Source of the DNA: Acidobacteriota bacterium
GTDB lineage: Bacteria; Acidobacteriota; Thermoanaerobaculia; Multivoradales; UBA5704
Length of the DNA stretch: 64,000 nt
NCBI GenBank assembly: GCA_040005235.1
Contig: JBDTZG010000014.1
Coordinates: 42,206 to 106,205 of the forward strand
Direction: 5' to 3'
In this document: one piece after another, positions 24,101 to 31,100 of the stretch
Numbering within the stretch: the first letter of the stretch is position 1
Layout of the letters: each line of letters begins with the position of its first letter
Notes under the pieces: generated by a model
The model's input: only the letters and a program-made list of their open reading frames with translations
Told to the model about the DNA's origin: nothing
Databases searched by the model: none
Made by a program: the position numbers and the translations under genes

Positions 24101-25105
24101 CATCATCACCTCCTCTTGGACGGTTGGTCGCTACCGATCCTGCTGGCGGAGGTCTTTCAGTTCTACATGGCCCTGCGCGAAGGTCGGTTGCCTGAGCTCC
24201 CGCCTGCACGACCCTATCGGGCCTACATCGAATGGCTGCAAGGGCGGGATCTGGCGTCGGCGGAGGCGTTTTGGCGCTCCACATTCGCCGGCTGCGAGGT
24301 GCCGACTCCCTTGCCCGGGCTCGGTCGGCCGGAGGGGGAGGGTGAGATTCTGGAGCGGGTCGCCCAGCTCTCAGAAGAAAAGAGCCAGGCTGTTCGCACC
24401 TTGGCGCGTCGGAGCCGGCTTACTTTGGGCACCCTCGTTCTGAGTGCCTGGGCTCTTCTGCTCCGCCGGCTCAGCGGGCGCGACGACGTGGTATTCGGTC
24501 TCACCCTATCGGTCCGTCCGGCAGAGATTGCCGGAGTGGAGTCCATGGTGGGAGTACTGCTCAATACACTTCCGGTTCGAATCGCTTGTTCTGCCGAGGA
24601 GAAAGCGGCGAGCTGGCTGCGTGGCATCCAGGCGCTGCAGGTGGAGCTGCGCCAGCATGAGCACAGCCCCTTGGTGGACGTCCAGCAATGGGTGGGAGTT
24701 CCCCGGGGAGTACCGTTCTTCGAGAGCGTCGTTACGGTTCAGAACTATCCCGTCGACCCGTCGCTGCGGGAGAACGCGACGGATCTGGCAGTAAAGGATC
24801 TCCGCTTCCTGGAAAAGGCGACCTTTCCATTGAGCCTTGCTTTGATGCATGGCGCGCTCCTGACCCTCCAGATTCGCTACGACAGTCAGCGGTTCAATAT
24901 CGAGCAGGTCGATCGTTGGCACGGCTATCTGCAACGGCTGTTGGTCGCATTCGCCGGCCTGGAGGACGAAACGCTGGGAGACCTGGACGAGCTGCTCGAT
25001 GAGTTGGATCGGCAGGAGCAAGCGGCTCGGGAAAAAACCTATCGTGAGAGTGAAATGAAGAAGTTTAAGAATGTTCGGCGTCGCTCGACGTCGGTGGGCG
25101 GGTGA
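6104..25105 (+). CDS. Hybrid PKS/NRPS: KS-AT(malonyl)-KR0-ACP-Cy-A(Cys)-MT-T-C-A(Cys-like)-MT-T-C-A(Gln)-T-E-C
   Basis: KS: VQTACSTS, HGTGT, NIGHL. AT: GHSIGE and HAFHS (malonyl). Decayed KR at ~8800-9990; ACP GGHS. Cy: DYLIADAWS, GDFTS, PVVFTS. A code DLFNLSLIWK (Cys). Two VLEIGCGTG methyltransferases inserted in A domains. A codes DLYDFSLVWK and DAWQFGLIDK (Gln). T with GGDSI, then E (HHLVVDGVSW, EGHGRE, RTVGWFT, FNYLGQ) and a terminal DCL-type C (PLSPLQLG, HHHLLLDGWS). Confidence 0.96.
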   Translation: MAETAVEKGIAIIGLDGRFPGARNAEELWQNLCEGVESLSRFSQEELRASSPDGTRLEDPRLVPVRGVLSEVELFDAGFFGISPREAAATDPQQRVFIECAWTALEDAGYDPGNCGGLVGVYAGSALSSYAWNNLGSDPELLASLGALQLGILNGKDHLPTRVSYLLNLTGPSVAVQTACSTSLVAVHMACLALLNYECDMALAGGVSIAVPQKAGYLFEEGGILSPDGHCRAFDAAAHGTVMGDGVGIVVLKRLDEAMADGDRIRGVILGSAINNDGGGKVGYTAPGLEGQAEVIAAAHAVAGIDAGTISYVETHGTGTPLGDPVEISALTRAFRMSTDRIGSCSIGSLKTNIGHLNTAAGVAGLIKAVLALEHKAIPPSLHFERPNPRIHFDDSPFFVNTRLTEWSADGAPLRAGVSSFGIGGTNAHVVLEEAPVPEVSDDARRWQLLVISAKTESALEAAAQNLAEHLGRHPDLKLADAAFTLQVGRNRMEHRQILVCRDAAEAIRELTAGEDSRAVRLHEAARERPVVFLFPGQGSQYVGMGRELFELEPLFREQVDLCASHLLPHLGFDIRTLFESSTEESRAAEERLQETAVAQPALFVVEYCLARLFAEWGIEPEAMIGHSIGEYVAACLSGVMSLPDALRLVAARGRLMGELPPGGMTAVHLSEAQVRHLLPADLEIAAVNGPTLVVVAGTLTAVAAFEEKLAEDGVEHRRLKTSHAFHSAMMEPILEPFARVVASIALHEPQRTFISNLTGRPATASEVTDPNYWVRHLRDEVRFSDGVDEIFRDPGRVFLEIGPGRALTTIVRQNPGAQAGMTIPTMRPQSREGSDLAWALEALGRAWLAGVAIDWRGFHHRHRRLRVAMPGYPFERQLHWIEARPLRPSGPLSAIPARSADPAGWFHARTWRRSAGQGSAATEPGALLLWAAPGGLGGEIHRELTSRGVAVVLAELSGSLEPSSLTASLAEEVAPRRIALLVERCTPGPEAAGALALLLSSLASRPEGRDDSPELILVTECAEEVVGSEVTNAVPNDTLATLMAEAARMPGLRWRCVDVDVEGESPRSDKLVDELLAPGPAGVGSVVALRNGYRWLPAYEVVHLEHRAGAIRPGGGYLVVGQIGVASQSVLAAFAEAGAQAQLIPADPAVILASPAFASNLHGIVVTGGWETPADTLAALDVALGGRALDFRLVLAPFAAGQEIEIGETVAERRLAAAVRVRAQAGGVRWRIASWRITSRSGDDQGLTPGEAAEAFLRLITWQGEAHLVVAPVDPSVAVPVAEPLSFAAELKPTGKGGYVAPRNAVERDLAAIWEHFLGIAAVGVFDSFLELGGHSLLATRVTARMREVFGVELPLSSLFESPHLAALAVEIGARRESLGEPSSAAQSPAFHAIAAPADRYDPFPLTEVQQAYWIGRSAGFELGNVAAHSYLEAETRNLDLSRLEAALDRLVNRHEMLRAVVTRDGQQRILAEVPTYRIEVDDLRGMAPEAAEAVLKETRARLAQEVVPTDRWPLFAVRASLLDSGATRLHIRLDYLIADAWSARTLARDVGAFYADPTIFLPNLEVSFRDYVLWLESLRETEEHRRALAYWQGRLENLPPAPDLPLAVSPTTLLKPRFERRRAALPAFHWGELKRRFAQADLAPSAALAAVFAEILTGWSKSPRFTINLTLFNRRPVHAQVGELVGDFTSLTLLAVESEPGGGFLSRARALQRQLWRDLDHQSVSAVQVLRDLSRERGELARGSMPVVFTSTLSMTTGTSAAETEASVADPVQVVYSLNQGPQVWIDHQVSERQGELVFNWDVVEGLFPPGLIDAMFEAYRALLETLAQADEAWGVVPLPLVSTAQLEQRAAVNATEAPVTDDLLHTLFRAQAARRPEATAVVAGDRRLTYGELAARAGWLGRRLRDLGARPNTLIAVAMEKGWEQVAAVLGVLEAGAAYLPVDPSLPSDRLGYLLAHGEVRIALTQSWLEHRLDWPPGIVRICVDREPAKEGLEPLEISQAPGDLAYVLYTSGSTGLPKGVMIDHRGAVNTILDVNRRFALGPNDAVLAVSSLSFDLSVFDIFGLLAAGGKVIVPEPGTSRDAERWVELLHREGVTLWNTVPALFEMLVEHVSGRPDLLPPPLRFALLSGDWIPLSLPDRARQALPGIEVVSLGGATEASIWSILYPVAEVAGDWKSIPYGRPMLNQSFSVLDGQLEARPVWVPGQLYIGGIGLALGYWRDEERTRASFIRHPRTGERLYRTGDLGRYLPDATIEFLGREDFQVKIHGYRIELGEIEATLSQHPAVRECVVAAPGSPQGARRLVAYVVPGSDPVAVKSAKTESAQVAQWQALFDATYGASTGREATFDIAGWKSSYGGDIPPEEMQRWVSSTVERILALRPRRVLEIGCGTGLLLFRIAPFCEHYRGTDLSAEALASIHRQIAAAGIKLPQIQLAQSAADDFTGVASGEFDLVIINSVIQYFPDVGYLLRVVEGAAGVVSPGGHIFVGDVRDLTTLPAFYASIEQALSLVDLGQEELRRRIEQRTAKEEELVVSPDFFRALADRLPAVQGAVMEPKRGRDRNELVNYRYDVTLLIDPPAAPRQVRWQDWQDVGGTLAALCDRWRASEGEPIGVRGIPSSRLTGDLARWADPARGPDGSSAGAVEAVDPEDLFHLGQELRCGTTLTVCGADRPGALDLVLWPLTALDSSTPFWLPAEPHFGEPRWKFWANDPSRPQLAHTLVPKLTAFLREKLPDYMVPGVFVILDGLPLTANGKVDRSALPAPGIDPEAAPGLHVAPRTPTEQAVAEIWSQVLRAERVGVEDNFFDLGGHSLLAIQVLSRLRQQLKVEVPVQTLFESATVAGLSREIDVLLQRSIPEDGARLQPVSRDQRLPLSFSQKRLWFLDRLVPGNAFYNIPAGVRMKGKADLRSLAAAINEIVRRHETLRTTFAEADGEPFQVIAPGIHVAVPHVDLRNLSDAAGEAEIVRLMNEEAKRPFDLAAGPMLRAFTLWRAENDFVLLLTLHHIVSDGWSMGVFYRELQALYSAFSAGRPSPLAPLPIQYADFAYWQNQALQGELREAHLSFWREQLGGLPLLELPTDRPRPRFESFRGSMVSALLDRTLVSSLKAMSQRCEATLFMTILAGFKVFLARYSRQWEIVAGSAAAARNRPELEGLIGFFLNMLVLRTDLSGKPSFEAAVRRVRQVTLDAYSHQDLPFEILVDELQPERDPSRNPLCQVLLMYQNYPVEERGLEGDSLRLMKVDSGTAKFDLVLFVDDVEQGLQVKLEFNTDLFDRTTARRALGQFEILLRSAMATPERSITDLPMIDDVERHQVLTEWNDTEHRYATAERIEELFERAAARQPNAVAVVFEDVVLTYRQLDELANQLAWRLTALGAGPGSYIAVYLERSAAMIPALLGILKAGGAYVPLEVTYPEARIEWILDRLDIRFAVTQASLSAAIGNLGAGSLKTVCIDDALVLATHPRNRPVLPLIENGMAYVIFTSGSTGTPKGVMVRHRAVVNLIDWIGREHRIGSRDRVLFVTSLCFDLSVYDVFGLLAAGGSIRVVSAADVRDPQRLLQILMTEPITFWDSAPATLQQLVPYFPVTPHEIDLRLVFLSGDWIPVGLPDDVRASFPGTQVISLGGATEATVWSNSFPIGEVEAHWVSIPYGRPMQNARYHALDSDFEPAPIGVPGDLYIAGDCLSSGYEDAALSAEKYLPDPFSGQPGERIYKTGDLVRYRPDGNLEFLGRADQQVKVRGFRIELGEIESLLARHPVVADAVVVVREDEPGDQRLVAYAVPRQGEAVYATSEEDWQLRVAEWQTIYDNIYGDSSAVLDPTFNISGWRSSYTGRPLPAEEMLEWVDDTVSRILALRPRRVLEIGCGTGLLLFRVAPHCRSYWATDFSRTALQAIRRTLGSPGLELPQVRLFERLADDFEGLQAGSFDLVLINSVIQYFPSLDYLSKVVSGAASLLSPGGHLFVGDVRSLPLLSTFHTSVQLSQAPPDLSTETLRQNVREGLTQEEELVVAPAFFTEIEQRVPGLGSTRILLKRGAIDNELNRYRYDVICAADHGEAQAPEPCHWLAWKEEAWTLPGIAQFLKETTPSVIGFFGVPNARLAGDAELERLLSDPAGPETVGQLRIAIAARPEVGVDPSELWSSGEVLGFSVEVSWSSAGKEYFDVVFRDSRLAILPVCPPDRDQTTEEPQVLANDPLQARVQQRLASALRAWLQQHLPPYMMPSDFVLLQSVPLTPNGKLDRNSLPIPTRRSGGAIGVPRNPLEQKLAEIWAEVLGVEQVGVFDNFFELGGHSLLATQVMARVAQAVGEEVPLRSLFENPTVAGLAASFGRWQSAAGVATLPRIEPISRVRPLALSYSQLRLWLLDRLAPGNVAYSIPTALRMVGSLAPAILAASLSEIVRRHETLRTTFFLDGDEPVQVIASARPLPLPIIDLSALPAEHLDTCAGGLKAWHAARPFDLEVGPLLRVCLLRFSEREHWALANLHHIVGDGWSVGLLIRELAALYEAAIAGRPSPLPPLPVQYADYAHWQRQRVRGARLSTLLDYWRQRLEGAPAVLDLPMDRPRPEVQTYDGNLMSVLVPTGVVAELRAVIRSESATLFMAFLALFGTLLRRTTRSENFVIGTAIAGRAQVEIESLIGFFVNTLALPLDVSGDPEFSVLLRQARETALGAIANQELPFEKLVDELQPERSLSHSPIFQVALVIQNTAWSSLDLPGLTLSQVSSGAPTAKYDLTLLAEERGDKLAVVFEYNSGLFDRTTIARLLSHLMILLKGAAADPLQRLSELSLMSAAETHQLFCEWNDSQVARPEAASCIHQLFAAQTQRTPEAVAVRVGDAALSYRELDLRTNRLARHLRARGVGVESRIGVFIDRSFEMPVALLAILKAGGAYLPLDPTIPGPRLAQMLSDGGVELGLTAARFMATLPPETPRPIDWIAIDSDGPEFSDDPLVGGAVPENLAYVIYTSGSTGLPKGVMIPHAAIANRLLWMQERFPLSPSDRVLQKTPYSFDASVWELFVPLLAGAELVMARPGGHQEPAYLVETMARDRITVLQLVPSMLPLLVEEKGLDDCRSLRRLFCGGEALPVESCAEFEARLGARVINLYGPTETAIDASYWPYRPGSGEVIAPIGRPISNLHLRILGQVAEPVPLGSPGDLLVGGIGLARGYLDRPDLTAERFLPDPFAEVPGGRLYKTGDLAKAGVDGGLRFLGRSDHQVKIRGFRIELFEIEEALRQEPGVREAAVVARDGGGGKRLVAYFVAAAGESVDEEELRGGLRRKLPDWMVPAAFVALAALPLNASGKLDRSALPEPNLPRMAGAVPPRTAAERKLVEIWAQVLGLETLGVHDNFFSLGGDSILSILIASRATQAGFNFSPQMLFKHQTVAELAAVTQSGSGVQAEQGLVLGEAPLTPIQRFILDADLVDLHHYNQSLLFAVRERLDIRALQAAVAALLRHHDALRLGFTKETFGWSQRHRDLNQALAVIDLGGLSTEARSQAMLAASTALQAGFDLSTGSLFRVVHFTLSEPPDRLLIAAHHLVVDGVSWRILLQDLEESYRSFARDVEPQLPPKTSSFKEWAVHLAEHAQSPEAMSEIGYWLDRKRIGKPLPVDLPSGRNRSGLARIVSVSLDRETTRELLQQVPSHYRIQSPELLLAAVASTLAEWTSFPLLRIDLEGHGRENISENLDTSRTVGWFTSVFPVVLEMGAEDDIEETLKAVKEQMRRIPRHGIGYGLLRYLSNAPEALDLRLQPQAEVSFNYLGQVDQTLAESSPFALAAESAGPARSPRQPRRYLLEVDGLVIGGCLQVNWTYSEELHRRETIEALARRFRDRLLAFIRHALVGEGSGCVPSDFPLARLDQAAIDRLAGRDLEDLLPLSPLQLGFLFHALHAPESGAYVQQLVATLEGRLDVGVFERAWQEIVRRHSILRTAFVWEGLREPLQVVRRDTDLRLERFDWTHFDPSEVEEQSIALIEADRRRGFNLALAPLMRLALIELPGRTYRLVWSHHHLLLDGWSLPILLAEVFQFYMALREGRLPELPPARPYRAYIEWLQGRDLASAEAFWRSTFAGCEVPTPLPGLGRPEGEGEILERVAQLSEEKSQAVRTLARRSRLTLGTLVLSAWALLLRRLSGRDDVVFGLTLSVRPAEIAGVESMVGVLLNTLPVRIACSAEEKAASWLRGIQALQVELRQHEHSPLVDVQQWVGVPRGVPFFESVVTVQNYPVDPSLRENATDLAVKDLRFLEKATFPLSLALMHGALLTLQIRYDSQRFNIEQVDRWHGYLQRLLVAFAGLEDETLGDLDELLDELDRQEQAAREKTYRESEMKKFKNVRRRSTSVGG

Positions 25106-25108
25106 AGC

Positions 25109-28100
25109 ATGGCTACTTCGAGTCTTACTGGAGAAGAACGCATGGGCCCAGCGGCCGTGAATGGATATCGACTTTCACCACAGCAGGAAAGGGTTTGGTC
25201 CCTAAGTAAAGGAGAAAGCGAGGATCATTTCCGCGCCACCTGCCGGGTGCGCATCGCTGGGAACCTCGATCCTGAAGCGATCGCCGCTGCAGCCCGCCGT
25301 TCTGTGGAGCGGCACGAGATTCTGCGGACGGTTTTTCGGAAACCTTTCGGAGCTTCCCATCCGGTGCAGGTGATCCTCGACGAACCTACCCTGGCTTTCC
25401 GATCGGTCGATATGAGCGGGCGGGAGGCAGGTGAGCAGAGGATCTGGCTCCAGCAGCTCGAGGAGGAGGCGAACGCGCCTTTCGACCTGGAGCATGGGCC
25501 TCTCTTGCGCTGCATCCTCGCCCGGCTGGCTCCTGCCGATAGCGTGCTCTACGTAACTCTGCACTCTCTTTGCGGCGACGGGCCGACCGTCCTTAATCTC
25601 GTAGACCAAATGGGCCGTACGCATTCCTCGGCGGCGGATGACGAGGAGCCGCTTCAGTATGCCGACTTGGCGGAGTTCTTCAACGAATTGCTAGAGTCGG
25701 AGGAGATGGCGCCGGGCCGGAAGTATTGGCTGGAAAGAGAACGCTCCGGAGCTCAGGACCGCGATTTACCTTTTGATCGTACGAACAGCCCGCTCGACGC
25801 CCCTGAGGTGCGGAGCGCCGCCGTCGCGATGGGCGGTGCGCTGACGGTGCACTCTGGCGATGATGTCAGGATCGCCGATGCTTCGCTTTCCACCCTGCTG
25901 CTGAGCGCCTGGGCGACGGTGCTCTGGCGGCTGACCGGTCGGTCCGATCTCGCTATTTCAGTTGCCAGCGAGGGTCGTGCCTACGAAGGCCTGGACGTGG
26001 CGCTTGGACTGTTCGCCCGTTCGCTGCCGCTCTCCTGTCGTTTGGCGCCGGAACAGTCGTTCGCCGATCTGATGGTATCGCTCGAAGGCGAGATCACCAA
26101 GGCGACTCAATGGCAGGGTAGTTTCACCTGGAAACTTTTAGAGGAGAGCCGGGCGCTCGATGGTATCGCTCCGACATCGTTCTTTGGCTTCTCGTTTCTC
26201 GAAGCGCGATCGACCAAGCGTTATGGCGACCTAAGCTTCGTCATCGAACGACTGGACTCGATGTTCGACTCCCCCCGATTGGAGCTGATCGGCACGGTGA
26301 CCTCGGAGCGTCTCGAGCTCCGAGTTCGAGCATCTTCAGAAGTTTGTCCACCTGCCGAGGCTCAGCGGCTATTGGGTCAGCTCACCACGCTGCTTGAGAA
26401 TGCCATTGCTAATCCGCAGCGGCGCCTGATCGACCTCCCTTCCCTCTCCCCGGTCGAACGTCATCAACTGTTGTTTGAGTTCAATGACACGGATGTCTTG
26501 CTCACTGCCGAGCAGCGACTGGATAAGCTTGTCCTTGACCAATGCCGCAGGACTCCGAATCGCATCGCCGTCGTCGAAGGCGGTCGCTTCTTGACTTTCG
26601 CCGCTCTCGACACCCAAGCCGGACGGATCGCCGGCGAGCTGCTCCGGCGCGGGATCGAGACGGATGAGGTCGTGGGTGTCTTCCTAGAGCGATCGCTGGA
26701 GATGGTGGTTTCAATCCTCGGAGTGCTCAAGGCGGGGGCCGCGTACCTGCCGCTCGCTCCGGACTATCCACAGGACCGGCTGGCTTTCATGATCGCCGAT
26801 GCGCGGCCCCGATTGATCGTGACCCAACGTCGCCTCCGGCCAAACTTGGAGCCCGCCGACGTTCCGATCTTGTCGCTGGACGAGGAGTGGCGAGCCGAAC
26901 CCTTCCGCGAGCAATCACCGGAACATAGCTTGGGAACGGCCGGTACGCTGGCCTACGTGATCTACACCTCGGGCTCGACGGGGCGTCCTAAGGGAGTCGC
27001 AGTCTCGCACTCGGCGATTGGCAATCGGTTGCTCTGGATGCAGCGCCGCTTCCCGATCGGCGAGGATGACGCTGTCGTGTTCAAAACCGCGTTTACATTC
27101 GACGCCTCGATTTGGGAGTTGTTCGTTCCTTTGCTGGCGGGGGCCCGCGTGATCGTCGCTCGGCCGGGTGGGCAACAGGACAGCCGCTACCTGGTACGCC
27201 TCGTCCTCGAGCATCGGGCGACAGTGCTCCAACTCGTCCCCTCGATGTTGCGAATCGTGGTCGAGGAACCCGAGCTACCGGAATGCACGTCGCTGCTTCG
27301 CCTGTTCTGCGGCGGCGAGGCTTTCCCCGGCGAGCTTCAGCGCCGTTTTGCGGCTTGTCATACCGCGTCGCTGCACAATCTCTATGGACCTACCGAGGCC
27401 GCGATCGATGCCGCGCACTGGGCCTGCCAACCCGGGGATGCCCCGACATATCTCCCGTTGGGCCGACCGCTGTCGGGAGTCCGGATCTATGTTCTGGATC
27501 CTCGGGTCGCTGAGCCCGCTTTGCGCGGCGTGCCCGGCGAGCTGTGCATCGGCGGTCGAGGCTTGGCCCGCGGCTACCTCGGTAGACCGGATCTTACGGC
27601 GGAACGTTTTGTGCCTGATGGCCAGAGCGGTTCTTGGGGCGAACGCCTCTATCGCACCGGTGACCGGGTTCGCTTTCGTGCAAGCGGCGTCTTGGAGTTT
27701 CTCGGACGAATCGATCTACAGATCAAGATTCGCGGTTACCGAGTCGAGCTGGGCGAGATCGAGGTCTCGTTGGAGCGGCATCAGGGTGTCGCACAGGCGG
27801 CGGTGGAGTTGCGCTCCAACGAAAAGGGAGATCGTTTGATCGCCTATGTGGTGCCGCGCGCCGAGGCGCCTGATGCAGCCGAGCTGCGTACCTTTCTGGC
27901 CGAATCCTTACCCGACTACATGATACCGGCGGCGGTGGTTTTGTTGCCCGCTTTGCCGCTTCTTCCCAACGGCAAGTTGGATCGCAATGCGCTTCAAGAG
28001 CTCTCGGAGACCGAGGGTGAAAAGAGCAGAGAAGCACCGCAGAGTCTGACTCAGGAGGTTCTGTGCGGGATCTGGAGCGATGTCCTCGGTGTCGACGGCA

Positions 28101-31100
28101 TCGGTATTCGGGACAGCTTTTTCGATCTCGGCGGCCACTCGATCTCGGCGACTCAGATGGCGGCACGCGTTCGAGCCGCATTCGGGGTTGACCTGACGCT
28201 TCGTGCTGTTTTCGATCACCCTACGATCGTCGAGATTGCAGAAGCGATCGAAGGTTTGCGCAGCGAGAGCCGGGCGCGAAGCCTGCCGCCGATGGTGATG
28301 CAGCCCCGAAACTTGCCGCTACCCCTGTCGTTCGCCCAACGCAGACTCTGGTTCCTCGATCAGCTCCAGCCGGGCAATGCCGCCTATAACGTCGGCCTTG
28401 CCTTTTCCCTCGCCGGTCGCCTCAGCCTGCCGATTCTGATCGAAGCGCTGAACGCCGTGCTGCGGCGCCACGAGGTGTTGCGAACGACGTTTGCGCGGGT
28501 CGACGGCGAGCCGATGCAGACGATCGCGCCAGAGCTCAAGCTGACGCTGCCCTTGGTAGATCTGGCCGGTCTCGAGACGGGCAGACGCGAGCGGATCGTC
28601 GCGCGATTGGCCTCCGCGGTGGCGGGTCTTTCTTTTGATCTGGTCCGCGGACCGCTCGTGCGCGCTTTGGTGGTGCGTGGCGGCGCTGTCGATCACACCG
28701 CGGTCGTCGCCCTCCATCACATTGTGACCGACGGATGGTCGACGAGGATCTTGTTGCGTGAGCTGGCCGCGTTCTACCGGATGAAATTGCAGCGGAGTCC
28801 GATGGACCTTCCCGATCTGCCGATCCAATACGCCGATTTTGCGTACTGGCAGCGTCAGTGGTTGCAGGGCGAGGAGTTGAATGCCCAGCTCGCTTATTGG
28901 CGCAGCCGGCTCGAAGCCCTGTCGGTGCTTCAGCTACCGACCGATCGTCCACGGCCGCCTCTCCAGAGCTTTCGGGGGGCGGCTCAGGCTTTGGTCCTGC
29001 CCGCGCGGGTGGTAGAGAGCCTAGCGCTCATCGGCCGCCGGAACGGCGCCAGCCTATTCATGGTTCTCGTCGCGGCTTTCAGCTGTCTTCTCGCCCGGCT
29101 CAGCGGGTCACGCGACATCGCTATCGGCGTACCGATTGCCGGCCGCAGCCGTCCGGAGGTCGAAGGGCTCATCGGCCTCTTCGTCAACACCTTGGTACTG
29201 CGAGCCGATTTCAGCGGGAAGCCTGGACTCGGAGCGGTCATCGAGAGAATCCGCGAGGCGGTGCTCGGTGCGTCCGCATCCCAGTATCTACCCTTTGAGC
29301 AATTGGTCGAATCTCTCCAGCTTGAGCGTGACCTCAGTCAGAATCCCCTCTTCCAAGTCATGCTCATTCTCCAAAATCTTCCGCAGAATGAGATCGAGAT
29401 CGAGGGATTGGCACTGCGGACTCTGCCGGTGAAGACAGGAACCGCCAAGCTTGACCTCTCCCTCGACTTGATGGAAACGGCGAATGGCTTGGTCGGCGCC
29501 TTCGAGTACAACTCCGATCTGTTCGAGCCTGCAACGATCGAGCGTTGGGCGCGTCACTTTACGACCCTCCTGGAGTCGGGCTTGGAGAGCCCCGACAGAT
29601 CCTTCTCGGAGCTCGATATGTTGAGCGAAGGGGAGCGGGGGCAGATCCTGGAACGATGGAACGAGACCGGTGTGACCTACCGGTTATTGACGTTGCATCA
29701 ATTGATCGAGGAACAGGTGGCCCGCACTCCAGAGGCTCCTGCACTGGTCTTCGAAGGCGAGCGGATTTCGTATTCCGAGATGGATCGCCGGGCGGAGCTG
29801 TGGGCGCGCCATCTGCGGAACCTCGGCATAGGGCCGGAGATGCCGGTGGGAATCTGCGCCGAGCGCTCGATGGAAATGGTCATCGGGATGCTCGCGATTC
29901 TTAAAGCCGGCGGTGCTTACCTACCGCTCGATCCCAGCCTACCGTCGAAACGCCTGGCATTCATGATGCGAGATGCGGGCTTGCGGCTGGTCCTGACTCA
30001 GGAACGACTCCTGGGTAGACTGCCGAAGGATTGGGAAGGGCGCTACCTCTGTCTTGATGGCGAGGTACCGACCGATACCGGAATCAACGCGCCGACGGTG
30101 GTCGACCTTGCCAATCTGGCCTATATCATTTACACCTCGGGCTCGACCGGTTTTCCGAAAGGTGTGATGATCTCGCACGCTGCCATCGCCAACCGGTTGC
30201 TTTGGATGCAGAATGCCTATCGGTTGAGCTCAGAAGACCGCGTCCTCCAGAAGACTCCCTATACTTTCGACGTCTCGGTATGGGAGTTCTTCTGGCCGCT
30301 GCTCGTCGGCGCGACTCTGGTCATCGCCCGGCCCGAGGGGCATATGGACGCCTCCTACCTGGCCTCGCTGATCGCCGCCGAGAAAATCACCACGCTGCAC
30401 TTCGTGCCGTCCATGCTGCAGGTGTTCTTGGAAGAGCCGAAGGCGGCCGAGTGCCAATCGCTGCGCCTGATCATCTGTAGCGGCGAGGCTCTATCCGTCG
30501 AGTTGGCAAACCGCTGCCTCTCCCGCTTCTCTCCGTTGGGTGTCGAGCTTCACAACCTCTATGGGCCCACGGAAGCCTCGGTAGACGTCAGTTTCTGGGA
30601 ATGCCGTCCGGCAGAGCGGCTGCCCACAACGCCGATCGGGCGGCCGATTGCGAACACGCGGCTTTACGTCGTCGACCTAGAAGGAATGCCGGTTCCCGTT
30701 GGGGTTCCGGGTGAGCTTTTGATCGGCGGCGCCGGACTGGGCCGGGGATATCTCGGGCGAGCCGAGCAGACCGCGGAAAGGTTCGTTCCTGATCCCTTCG
30801 GTGTGGATCCAGGGGGCCGGCTCTATCGAACGGGCGACCTTTCCTGCTTCCTTGCGGACGGCGACATCGAGTTTCGGGGCCGCATCGACTTTCAGGTGAA
30901 AATTCGAGGTTTCCGGATCGAGCTGGGCGAAATCGAGTCGGTCCTTGAGCGCCACGCCGGTGTACGGCAGGCGGTGGCGGTTGCCGTACCGATCGCCGGT
31001 GACCCTCGGTTGGTGGCTTATGTAGTTTCCGAGGAAGAGAGCGCGCCAACTCAGGCCGAGCTGCGAACGCATCTCGCGGCAAATCTCCCCGACTACATGA

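Noticed and set aside
25109-26430. Pseudogenisation or a lipo-initiation starter C domain at the N-terminal C-like domains
   Set aside because: The frames are intact, the same degeneration recurs three times, and an active C is supplied by the upstream protein each time. This fits interface domains better.
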